A DNA stretch of 63,379 nt, the filler included, from Craspedostauros australis (taxonomy: Eukaryota), in assembly GCA_030167865.1 (NCBI GenBank). It is 8 parts of 8 records of this genome, joined end to end, with 100 filler letters (N's around TTAATTAATTAA, not from the genome) between each part and the next. Parts side by side here need not be neighbours in the genome. Positions count along the whole stretch, not along the records: positions 15,394 to 25,064 come from JALAGF010001345.1; positions 25,165 to 27,798 come from JALAGF010001347.1; positions 27,899 to 29,782 come from JALAGF010001349.1; positions 29,883 to 31,419 come from JALAGF010001351.1; positions 31,520 to 47,772 come from JALAGF010001352.1; 3 more parts are not named here. One strand, 5' to 3'. This document shows positions 22,336-33,471 of this stretch, in pieces (position 1 is the first letter of the stretch; each line of letters starts with the position of its first letter). Both the position numbers and the translations under genes were made by a program. Under the pieces are notes generated by a model. The model saw nothing but the letters and a program-made list of their open reading frames with translations, ran no database searches and was not told where the DNA came from.

Positions 22336-23239
22336 GTTTTTATTTTTATTTATGTACAAGTCCTGATATGTCGAGTTATTTTTAGGTTGTGGAGAAGACT
22401 GTGATGATTCACAACACCTTTGCCCAAGCGATGCAGCTATCGGGGAGATATTGCAGGTAATTTGATGAGTGCCAGGGTAAAAAAACTGATAAACACATTA
22501 CTTTGGAAGGGGGATGAGAACTTCACTTCTTCAAATACGAACTCTACACGTAAAATATGGACGTTGACTTTGTCTCTTCCAATCATATCGTCTGGCGTGG
22601 CCGTGGTTCGCATCTTCGTTGTTCTTGGATTGGTCTGGCCTCCTTTGCAGTCTACGCCTTGTGCGAACGCTTATGTTGGCACACTGCGACAACAACAAAA
22701 AACGAGGACAAAGACGCCCACGCTCCATCTGGGCAAGGTCTCATCATATCACGTCACATCGGACTTTAGTTGCATCTGATTTGGATCCCAAAAAGGCATA
22801 GCATCCAGCCTGCCTCACATCCATCTCTCATCTTACTACACCCAGCTGTTTCACCTTCTGACTTTCACACAATACCCCATGCTGTCGGACCACCATGACA
22901 CCCCCTCCCAGCCCGGCCTCCTTGACATTCCCCCTCTGATGGCAGCGACGAAGTTGTCATCGTCATGCTGACAGACACTTTTGGCTGCCATCTCGACAGT
23001 CGCTGGTCCTGTTCCTCCCTTCCGCTCCAACACAGGAATCCCTGGCGACTTCTCCTGGGGCAAGAAAACAGTGGTCCCAGTCGTCTTGCCCTTCGGACTA
23101 CTGGACAAAGGAGGAGACACTGGGATGTGCAATTCTATATCATCGGTTGGGGGATCTGTCTCAGACCCTCCCTCGGATACTCGATGTCACATTCCCAGAA
23201 GCGCTGCAAGAGCCTTGCTGTTGGTACAGGAGCCCGGCG

Positions 23240-24290
23240 TTGGTTCCCTACCCAGCTATGAGCTGAAGGGTGGAACTAGATCTCGTGCTGTGTGATGTCA
23301 GTGTTGTTGATCCGATCAGATCTTGTTTGTTTGATTTTATGAGTCTGTCTTGTTGCTTTGTGCTGGTGCCTTGCAACCGTGTTGTTTGTGTGTATGTGGC
23401 TGTTTTTCGTGTCCGTTGGGTTCTTCGCCCTGGTCCGGTCATTTTGGCCATTGTGGGCATGCTGTGTTGCATGCACCTGGCGGGGTATTGTTGAGAGAAC
23501 AGCCTCACGTCAGGTCCTTACCCAGCTTTGAGCTGAAGAGTGGATCCAGAGCGAGTGCTGTGTGATGCTACTGGGGTTGTGTTTGATCAGATACTGTTTG
23601 TTTGATTTTATGGTTCTGTTTTGTTGTTTGCTGCTGTTTGGTTTTACCGTGCTTGTGCCTGGTTTGTTCTCCCTTCTTGTTTCTCTGCACCAGCCCGGTC
23701 ATTTCGGTCATTGCATTGCCGTTGAACAGCATCCTGCCGGCCACGAGCGCCAGCTGTACCAATAGGTATCACCGCCTGCATCAACACTTGCGGGATGTTG
23801 CTGCTTCCATAGGCTCAGCCACAGAGAATTACATTGGCTCCAAGCACCTCCATGCCGACCTCAACGATAGCCCCAACCCCCAAATCTCCCTCCAGCACCA
23901 AGAAAAATGCAAAAGGGAAACCACATGTGTATCTCTGCCTGGAGTACTGTGTGGATGATCCTCCCTTCTACCCTTGGTTGGAGACAACCAGGCCCATCGA
24001 TTCAACCATGATGGCCTACATCTGGGCAACGGACACCAAGCCGTGGTTGTTGGTGCATCAGCTCAAATTGTGAGAGCAGATCAGGCGAAACCGCAAAAGA
24101 CCCATGACGTCACCAAAAGGTGCGGTTCAACAGCAGGCAGCCACCACCAGCACCAGTACCATGCAAGCAAACCAACGGAGAACAGCAGCGAAGCCAAAAC
24201 CAACAACAACACAGCCATAAAACCAATTCAAAGTATCTGATTACACACACCCAAACCAATCTCACTGTACTGCATCTGGATTGACCTTTG
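23240..24290. repeat. Diverged ~260-270-bp repeat: two direct copies (~23240-23455, ~23510-23715) and a partial inverted copy (~24190-24290)
   Basis: TACCCAGCT.TGAGCTGAAG.GTGGA...GTGCTGTGTGATG...GATCAGAT..TGTTTGTTTGATTTTATG...CCGGTCATTT.GG.CATTG occurs twice. CCATAAAACCAATTCAAAGTATCTGATTACACAC approximates its reverse complement. Confidence 0.7.
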
Positions 24291-24980
24291 GTTGAACACC
24301 GGGTAGCATCCGGTGCTGCGCAGTTGCTCCAACAGTGGTTGGTTCCATCCGGTCAATACTGGAAGGCGGTGAGCAATCATCTTTTTTCAAAGTCAGTGTT
24401 GCGATTGACGAAGCCTCCTCGGTCAAGAGGCTTGCTTGAGCACTTCGAATACCTTATGGTATTTGTTCGCAGGTGCATCAAGGTGCATGGACACTGCACA
24501 GGTGGCAATGAGCCATACAGCGACTACCTCAAGAAGTTGACCAAATTGGATGAACCCCTCTGTTCCTTCAACACCCACAAACACAAACAACAGGCGCAAG
24601 CTGACGAAGAGAAGCTGGTGACAGCAGACATGTTGGAGAGAATGTTGGAGAAGTGAGGACTAATACTTGTGGCTTGCAACTCAAAGTCCAACAACATCAA
24701 GGTTGAGAAGACAGAGAAAGCCAAGAACCCACTCCCTTGTTGCAAGAAGAAGAGAAAACCAAGAGTCACCTTGAAGAACGCAATGAAAAGTCACTGAAGT
24801 ACACTCCTCCTTGCAGATGCGAGTCAGAAGTCTCATGTATCTTTGGCGAAGAGACTCACTGCCAGAAAGTCCACTGGCTCCAACACAGCGCCAGTGGATC
24901 TTGGTCAAGTGTGCCAGGAACAGAGCAAGGCCACCCCCTCAAGCATCATGGAAAGGGGAGTTCCAGAAACCTCCTTGGGC

Positions 24981-25064
24981 TGTCGAGATGTACATGTGAG
25001 TATACGTCGAGATGTACGTGTATATGTGCATCGTTCACCCGTTATTCTCTCATACGCACTTGGA
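24981..25064 (+). mobile_element. Terminus of a probable LTR (TG start), cut by contig end
   Basis: TGTCGAGATGTACATGTGAGTATA...CATACGCACTTGGA, nearly identical to the reverse complement of 28090-28173 but with different flanks. Confidence 0.7.
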
Positions 25065-25164
25065 NNNNNNNNNNNNNNNNNNNNNNNNNNNNNNNNNNNN
25101 NNNNNNNNTTAATTAATTAANNNNNNNNNNNNNNNNNNNNNNNNNNNNNNNNNNNNNNNNNNNN

Positions 25165-25435
25165 GATCTCCAAGCACATCGAGATCACATCGAAGTACAC
25201 CCACGCCCACGGAGGTCCTGTGTGCGTTGGCAGCGCGGAGGCCATCGGTGTGAAGGACATTGCGAAGCCGGAATGGGGAGATGCGGTCGAAATCCGTGCG
25301 GATGAAGTGCCTGTGTTCCACGCATGCGGTGTGACGCCACAGAGCATCCTCATGCAGTCGAAGGTCCCATTCGCCATCACGCACAGCGCCGGCCACATGT
25401 TCGTCACGGATTTGCCGTCGGACATGGGATTGTAG
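25165..25435 (+). CDS. C-terminus of D-glutamate cyclase / DUF1445 (UPF0317) putative hydro-lyase, 5'-truncated
   Basis: HAHGGPVCVG...IGVKDIAKPEWGD...VPVFHACGVTPQ...PFAITHSAGHMFVTD are DUF1445 motifs. Confidence 0.85.
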
Positions 25436-25732
25436 GATGGATGGAATGCCGTCAGCATGGACGCTGCTCTGATGCAAAGATTAATAGAAACTGGAACGTA
25501 GACCATCCACCCACATACGAGTACAAGCGCGCATTTGCAGGCATGGAGAGTGTTTTGTGCTTTGTGTGGACTGAAACCACTGATGTTTCGTTCTTTCGTG
25601 AACTACTCACGCGATTTGGTAGACAGATGTTCGACATAGCCACTACGGGCATGTGACGCTGAATCAATTGTACATACTATACCACTCGTAGTACTACTAG
25701 CGGTGCTTCAGTATTACTCCTGCCATCTCTCT

Positions 25733-27735
25733 CTAGCTTTGCTGCAGTCGTTCGATCAACTCGGCCTTCTTCCCCGACACCTTCATGCCGCGCTCACGCA
25801 GCAGATCCTTCAGGGCTGGCACGGTCAACGACGAGTACGAGCTGCCCGTGCTGGGGGCAGACTTCTCGCTGCTGCCAGTCGCACTGGTTACAGTGCTCGA
25901 TGCCCCCGCTACTTCCGCTCCCGTTTCTGCTTCCATGTTCATGGCCATATCCATGTCCATGTCCATTGCTGTTGGTAGTCCTGTGGATACTTCCGGCTTC
26001 GCTTGCGCACCAACCTGCGCTTCCACTTCTGCCAGAGTCTGGCTGATTCGGGATGCTGCTTCCTCCATGCCCAACGCGGTTGTAGGTTCCGACTCAAAGT
26101 CGAAGTCGTCTCCGAGCTGATCGAAGAATTCGTCAATGTCGCCTGTAATACCATCGTTGCCATTGGAGCCTGTGAATGGGTCAGAACTGCCCGCCAGGAA
26201 GTCCTCCACATCATGCTCAAGTTCCAAGGAGAATGCAGCTTCATCGTACACACCTGCGCCTTCTCCATCGCCAACACCGCCATTCGCACCACTGCCAGCA
26301 CCATCGTTCAGACTTTCACTGACGGTACTGGACAGGGATGCGAAGAAATCGTCATCGGAGTCGCTGTTGCTGTCGCGTGAGTCGCCAATATCGCTGTTGG
26401 CAGCACCACCGATGTTGGTGTTGGCGTTACTACTGCTGTCAGTTTGTGTGGATTCAGTATCGGATATCTCCGATGCCAACGATGCGAAGAAGTCCGAGTC
26501 ATCGAAGAGATCATCCTGATTGTTTCCATCATCGAATCGTCGGTTGTTGAAGTTGGTATTCATTCCACCACCAGCACTGTCACCGCCACCATCACGACCA
26601 TGAGGGCCACCGCGATTGTCTCTCCCCCTGCCATCCCCGTCAAGATCGTTCGATAGATCACTCATGAGTGATTCGAAGAAATCAGACGAGTCATTGGAGC
26701 TTGCATCGCCACCAGATGAAGGCCGAGACCTCGATGATGGCTTCGCAGACGCCGGTGACTGTGCTGGCGAGACGAACGAGCTCCAATCATCTGCCCCATC
26801 CAAGGCCCGTTCCACGTTCCTGTTGTCTGCTCGGTTCTTCTGTCGATCGTTGCGTCGCTCCTGCCGTCGAGAGCTCAAGCCTCGTACCTGACCATCTCGC
26901 ACGCCACTCTGCCATCCATCACCGTTGTTTCTATTGCTGTTTCTGCCGTTGTTATTGCGTCTGTCCATATCATCTCGCGAATTTCCGCCACGGAAGGTCC
27001 ATTCACCATCGGAGTACCCAGAGTCATTATCACTCCGTTTCTGGTCCTTGTACCAATCCCAATTGTCGGCGTTCTTCTTCGCTTCCCTCGCATCCATGTC
27101 GCTGCCGAACTTGCGGACCGTGTTGTCCTGTCGTCTCTGACGCATGAAGCGGCTGGAACCGCGCGTGCTGCGGTCCACTGTGTTCCGCATGTCCGATCCG
27201 GAGTTCCTATTAGGCTGCTGCGCCTTGTCAAGGTCGTACTGCGTGATGGGTTGCACGGGTCCTCCAAGACCGTCCAAGGCCTCCATGTCGCTCATCTTGC
27301 GCACGTCGCCAGGATTGAGCCAGTGATCGTAGACGGTACCGTAGGTGTAGAACCGAACCAGGATCTTCCCTTCCTTCAGACGTTTGACGATACCATCCTC
27401 ACCAAGGAACTTGCCTTGGGCCGTCACTTTGATCATGTCATCCACACGGAGCTCGCCGTACGTGCGAGTGACCTCCTCTTGCAAAGCCCTATCCTCGGCG
27501 GCCTGTTTCGCATCTGCCTCTTGCGTGTCCATGATGATCTCTTCTCCATCTTCCGTCAGCATTGGGATTGGCATTCCGCTATCCCCTGCACCACTATCCT
27601 CGCCGTCCTCCTCTTCTTCCTTCTCCAATCCGAACTTTTCGATTTCATCCTCGTTCAGAATGACGGGAGCGGGAGGGAGCTTCTTGTATCCCTTCTGGTT
27701 AACGGTTCCCATCCAGGATCGGCACAGATCGAGTC
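25733..27735 (-). CDS. NusG-like/KOW protein with long acidic region and C-terminal SAP domain (last exon; 5' part missing)
   Basis: P..LNEDEIEKF (resembles the end of an NGN domain); LRVDDMIKVTAQGKFLGEDGIVKRLKEGKILVRFYTYG (KOW); YSSLTVPALKDLLRERGMKVSGKKAELIERL (SAP). Probable AG acceptor just upstream of 27735. Confidence 0.7.
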
Positions 27736-27898
27736 CTGTCCGAGCGTGAAAGGATGATGCAGCATAACAGCAACAGCACAAACGTGTGTAAAGGAGAGNN
27801 NNNNNNNNNNNNNNNNNNNNNNNNNNNNNNNNNNNNNNNNNNTTAATTAATTAANNNNNNNNNNNNNNNNNNNNNNNNNNNNNNNNNNNNNNNNNNNN

Positions 27899-28173
27899 CT
27901 GAGGTTTAGTTGGGAAGTACCTCGAGATTCTCTTGGTACCATTGATGCATGGACGGACGATCTTCTGATTCTCCCAGAAATCATTATTTGCAAATTTCCT
28001 CCAGAAATCTTGCCCCTTTTCGTGTGTTCCATTTCCCCTGTAATTCTGACGAATCACAGNNNNNNNNNNNNNNNNNNNNNNNNNTACCGTCCAAGTGCGT
28101 ATGAGAGAATAACGGGTGAACGATGCACATATACACGTACATCTTGACATATACTCACATGTACATCTCGACA
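27899..28173 (-). mobile_element. Second copy of the same LTR terminus (28085-28173 matches; the rest is probably element sequence), interrupting the adjacent ORF
   Basis: Starts with TGTCGAGATG on the minus strand at 28173 and differs from 24981-25064 by only about 2 substitutions. Confidence 0.65.
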
Positions 28174-29349
28174 TGGACGGGAGTGAGGAGCTGGTTGGCC
28201 ATGAGCGAGTGTCGGTGGTGCCGATGCGCGTAGGTAAGCATCGGCCTCGGCGTAAGAGGCACAGCGAAGGACTCGGGCGGTACTTCCAGTGCCTGCTTGA
28301 GCGATAGCCTCGGCCGCAGAGGTGTACACCCCTGGGCGTTGGCCGTCGATCGCCACATACCATTCAGTTCCCGCGGTTGGAGCGGGTGCTGGAGCGGTGT
28401 CCGTGGAGGGGAGACCGTGTTGGAGCAGCTGCGTGATCTGTGCCTGCTGCGTCGCAAGCGCACGTAGCATCGCGTGGGTGGTCTCCTCTGATTTGCGCTG
28501 ATGGAGTTCCATCGTCTCGCGGTTGAGAGATGCCTGGTGGCGTACCACGTGCATGAGTTCGTCGGCTGCGGTAGTGGCCAGAGCAGGGGGAGAATGGTGT
28601 GCTCCTTGCGGGAACGAGAGGACCGGGTGTGGGATCATCGGTTCGGGGCGCACCACTGGGGCGGAAGGTGTGCGGGCGGATGGAACCTGATGAGTGATCG
28701 GGTGCAAGATAGCTGGGTTGGTCTTGACGCGAATGGGTGGTGTTGGCTGCGCGTCGGTGCTGGGTCGTCCTGCGGGTTTGGTCTCGAGATCGAACCCGAC
28801 CACTCCCGCGATTTTGGAGTCGCTGTCGTTGCGAGCTGCGGCGCTGGTGGCACCCATCTTGCCGACGGCTTCGAGGTCGCGAAGTGCTGCGGCACGAGTA
28901 GAATCGTACGTGGAGCGGCTCTGGTGACTACCCTCAATGAGATCGCGTCGGGGAGCGCCGCCGAGTGTGGTGGTATCGAGGCACTGATACACACCAACAA
29001 GGCCGCGGCGGGTGGGATCGCGGCGTAGGGCATGATGGTTGCTGCGGCGACACTCGCCGGCCACGTTGGCGCAGAGAAGAGTGTGGCCGTCCTCCGACTT
29101 GGTGGAGAGGCGGACCAGGCAGGTGTGGTCGTCGGCGACGAAGTGCCCGATAGCCATTCCGATCCCGACTTGGTTGAGAAGGGTGTCGCTACCCATGTCA
29201 CCGGAGCGGGCAGATCCGCTTGCCACCGAGGACACAGTCTCGACTGTGATCCCGGGCTCGGGTTCGGTCGGAGGCACGCTGGCGAAAGCGGAGGCCTCGG
29301 AGGCAAGGAGCAAGGAGAGGTTGGGATGGTTACTCATGGCGATGATCAA
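28174..29349 (-). CDS. Probable retroelement ORF1/gag-like protein with a Cys/His cluster and an RNase H1 N-terminal hybrid-binding (Cauli_VI-like) domain, truncated by LTR insertion
   Basis: WYVAIDGQRPGVYTSAAEAIAQAGTGSTARVLRCASYAEADAYL fits the HBD consensus (FYAV..GR.PGIY..W.E....V.G...A....F....EA..Y). C-x15-C-x6-C-x4-HH upstream. Confidence 0.55.
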
Positions 29350-29882
29350 GTAGAAGACGGAAGGCGTGAAGTAGTGTTGAAGGCGTTGTTTGTTGCTAGG
29401 TTACCCCTGAGCAAGCGTTGCAGGAAGCGTTAGTCGAAGCGGGGAGTTGACAATTCTGTTGTCTTTTCCAAATTGTGGGTGCTTCGATTGCTGCTGGTCC
29501 ATCGCTTCTCTGCTTGTTGTTTTCTATTCTCTCCTTTCTTTCTTTCTNNNNNNNNNNNNNNNNNNNNNNATCTCATGTTTGGCTCCTTCTCTGTTTCTCT
29601 ATTGATTTGAATCGGGTCTTGGTCGGGCTTGGCCCCTCAGATCGTGTCTCTTTCTTGAGGGGTGTGTGTCGCGACCCAAGATGGTGCGTTTTGCGTTCCC
29701 GATTTTTGTTGTTCGACTTTTGTTGTCGCAGTTGCTCATTTTGTGAGCTCCGCGTTGCCATCAATTGGCCGTTGTCGCACCTNNNNNNNNNNNNNNNNNN
29801 NNNNNNNNNNNNNNNNNNNNNNNNNNTTAATTAATTAANNNNNNNNNNNNNNNNNNNNNNNNNNNNNNNNNNNNNNNNNNNN

Positions 29883-31162
29883 ACACCCACAGATCCCTGA
29901 TATTCTGTCGACATATCAACAATCGGAGGATCAGGGCGATGAGCCGTGCTGGATTCAAAGGCAGCTGAATTGCCTTGTGCTTTAACTGCGGAGTGCTGTG
30001 CTCCCATCTTGACAGCTTGTGGATACGCCTGCTCCTGGGAAGAAGCTTGTTTGTAGGGCTGATTGTGATGCATTCCTTGCGACTGATTCAGTGATGACGC
30101 TCCCGCAACGTTGGAGATGGCATTCGTTCTATCCGACAACGCTGATCTCGACGGTGATTGATGGAGCTCACGCGGAAACTTAACAGACGTCATGGGAGGC
30201 ACGCGGATCTTCGAGTTGGTGTGACGACGGCCCCTGGAAGGCGTCATGAGTGCGTTTCGGTTGGACAATTGCGATGCATCCACAGTCATAGATCCAGCGC
30301 CAACGCCATTTGTAACCTCGTCGTCTTCGTTCGCATCGGTTGATGCAAGCCGGCGAAGCTCCTGATGCAATCGTGGTGATGTGAAACCAAGGCCATCTAT
30401 GTAGGATAGCAATTCGTGAACGTCCTGTGACTCCAGAACTGGCTTGTTTTGTTGCAATGCCGTGCCTGCCGTGCGTTGTGTGGCTGTCGAAGTTCGCCGT
30501 GCTGATACAGATGCAGATGCAGCTGCTTTCTTTTCCGCAGCTTGTGGCGTCTTGAGAGCCAGCTTGCCATCTGGGGAGAGCATGATCAATCGCTTCCAAT
30601 CCGTCGACCAGGCAGATCCCCGTGATTTGGCATCTGCTGGTGTGGGAGCATCATGGGCTTGCGATTGTGGTTGCTTGGTCTTGCGATGAGTGACTGGCTG
30701 CGTATGTGGTTGCGGATGATGATGGTAATCGAACACGGGAGATAGATTTTCTGCCATGCTTTTGCTAGTACTCGTATGTGGTGCTGTGTGATGGTTCAGA
30801 AGTTGCTGCACGTTTGGTTCCTCATGAAGTTGCTGGGTCGGAGGTGGTGGCCTTGGCACGCTCGGAGGCTCGATGAAATGCTTCGATGAATCGACAGAGA
30901 GGGAGTAACTGAGCGGCGAGAAGAACTCGTTGGGGATGACGTTGGTTGCCGTCGCCGGCGGCGTTCTCCTCGATGCGGGTGCGTATCGGTCATCATCTCT
31001 GCGACGAACTTCATTCATCATCATTTGCGTGCCTACATCTGCACCTGCGCTCGCATTCGCATTCATGCTCGTGTTCATGTTCATGGTTGGAGTCATGGCC
31101 TGATGTCCCGAAACAGCAGCTTGATACTGCACCTGCTGCGGAGGTCCTCTGCTGAGAATCAT
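29883..31162 (-). CDS. Low-complexity S/P/Q/A-rich hypothetical protein, 3'-truncated
   Basis: Over 420 open codons running to the contig end; no domain recognised. Confidence 0.55.
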
Positions 31163-31519
31163 GGTCACTTTGATGCTCAGTTCAAATCTGTGAGCCTTGT
31201 GTGGGATAAAGATGATGAAGGTGAATGGCAGAGGTGCAGCAGGCACCAAAGACGAACGATCCCTCCTCAATGTGTTGCGATCTCGCCAACGCGATGCAAC
31301 CACGAACAGAGAGATGTGAAAGCGCCAGAGAGAGAGGAATCAAACCAAACCTGAGTGAGAACAGATTTGACACGTCGCGCCTGCCACGCCATTGGCATCA
31401 TCTTGATTGTTTTAGTATGNNNNNNNNNNNNNNNNNNNNNNNNNNNNNNNNNNNNNNNNNNNNTTAATTAATTAANNNNNNNNNNNNNNNNNNNNNNNNN
31501 NNNNNNNNNNNNNNNNNNN

Positions 31520-31921
31520 ATCTGTGACTGTCCCCCATGCATCTCTATCGCTCGCGCGCTCGATTGTGCGAATGTTCGTCGTGCCTCCACGGCCATCCGC
31601 GTTATCCCGGTTTATCTGTGGTGTGAACAACATCCGGTTCGCCTGTGGCGTGGACAGCATCCAGCTCGCCTGCGGCGTGAACATCATGCTGTTCACTGCC
31701 AACATAACGAAAAGGAGCGCTGTAGACAACCATAGAATGCGTCCTCGTCGCTTTCCATGGGTGCGGCCATTGAAGGATGCAACGAGCGCTGCGGATTGTG
31801 GATTTGATGCTACGTCGCCCAGCGCAGTGCTGGATTTGCTGTTCTGCTGCTTTCTGCACATCTTCCTGGTCGTATCGCTGCGACAGGGTGTGGGCTTGTC
31901 GTCATCTGCAAAGTCCGTCAT
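31520..31921 (-). CDS. N-terminus of a type-II membrane protein, truncated
   Basis: Basic stretch, then TM helix ILWLSTALLFVMLAV and three M.[FS]TPQ repeats. Confidence 0.45.
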
Positions 31922-33471
31922 GTCTGACAGAAGTGGCTGCTATTATGGTTGCTGATGATGATCCATCGTGTTGGTGGTGTTGGTCCTCCCTTCTTCTTGC
32001 ACAAACGATGGCACAGTTTAGCAAGTATCTCGACAGACAGGCGGGGCAAAGTGGTGTTGATGACAGCAGAGGAGTAGACACGGAGCTGCCTGTTGGTGCC
32101 GACTGCCACAGGAACGAAACGCTTCCGTTGCGTTTGGATGATTTGAAAATAGATGTGCGCGATGGTCGAGACGTGCCTGGTCGGCGGAGATGACGCAACA
32201 GAGCAAAAAGTGATTAGACACAGAGCCAATTCGCCGAAAACAGTGACGTTTCACCCAATCGGCATTTCCAGTTTCCACCGCAGTCTGCGATACAAGAATA
32301 GAGTTCCCGATTTCCACAACCTGCCTCAATTGGCGCGCGTTGATTCAACGTCCTGGTCACAGGATCCGAAGTAACCGATAACAACGAAGTCGAATGCAAG
32401 AAGTCTGCCGTAAAGTAGAGCCCTTGGTACATATAATACTCTGGTTGCAATATATAATACAACACTCTCATCTGCGCCACTCTATCAACGATATGCAGAG
32501 GTTGCCTATTACGCTGTCAGGCTTGTTGGTGGACCGTCCGTATTCGCTGCACACGCTTGCTTGCATAAGCGGGCGTGTCCGCTTGTCATCGTTGTTTACG
32601 CGCCGATGTTTGCGATTGGCGGCAGAGGAGGGAAGCGCCGTTCTCAGCCCACGGCATCCGGTCATGAAATGCACGCCATCCGACGGTTGGGCGTTCTTGA
32701 TGGTGTTCATCACATTCGCAAAGGCAACATTGCTCGGGATACTGACTTACGTGGTTATATTAGACTGCAGATTCGATTCGATTCTGTTCTGTTGTTGAAT
32801 CGCACCTTGTTCGTGTAGTTTGGGGTACTTCCGAACAAGATCGAACATCTTCGTCGCTTCGTTGGGCTTTACCTTCGTGTGCATTCGGCCCTGGACCATC
32901 ACAAGTATCGGGCATTTGTCTTGCTGTTGCCCCTCATCAATATTATCATCACAATGGATCGACCGTCAAACCAACCTGCTGCAGGTAAGTTCGCGTATCT
33001 GCAACCGTACCCACCGAGTGTACGTGAAAGGGGTCGTCAAACATTCGTTGCGGTGGTCGATTCCGGTGGCCCTGAAGTATTAGAGGTGCATCCCTTGTTG
33101 TGTTGCAGGCATGCACGGTTCTAGCTGAAGATGCCATCACAGCTGCAGATAGTTGCATGGCGAGAAAGCGGGTCTCTGGCGGACGACACACCCGAGAATT
33201 GGTCCACCATCTCCATAGCCTCTGCGCGAACTCGATGTACTCTGCGACACTCTCTAACTCGAAAGTCTCCCGCCACAGCAGATGAACTCCAATCTGAAGT
33301 GCTTATTGTTATTGACTTATACAATATGAGTAGAGTACGCATGGTAGAGTATGCCCGTAGTGTATGATTTGATGATAGCAGTTGTAACCCAACAGCAACT
33401 GCCATTAACCCGCCTGTTTGTGCTTTCGTTCGTTTTTGCGCTGGTGTGCTTTTGTTTTTGTTTGTGTTGAC

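Noticed and set aside
23249..23560. CTGAAGAG/CTGAAGGG in the direct repeats as hammerhead ribozyme cores
   Set aside because: No GAAA after a stem II and no compatible stems I/III seen.
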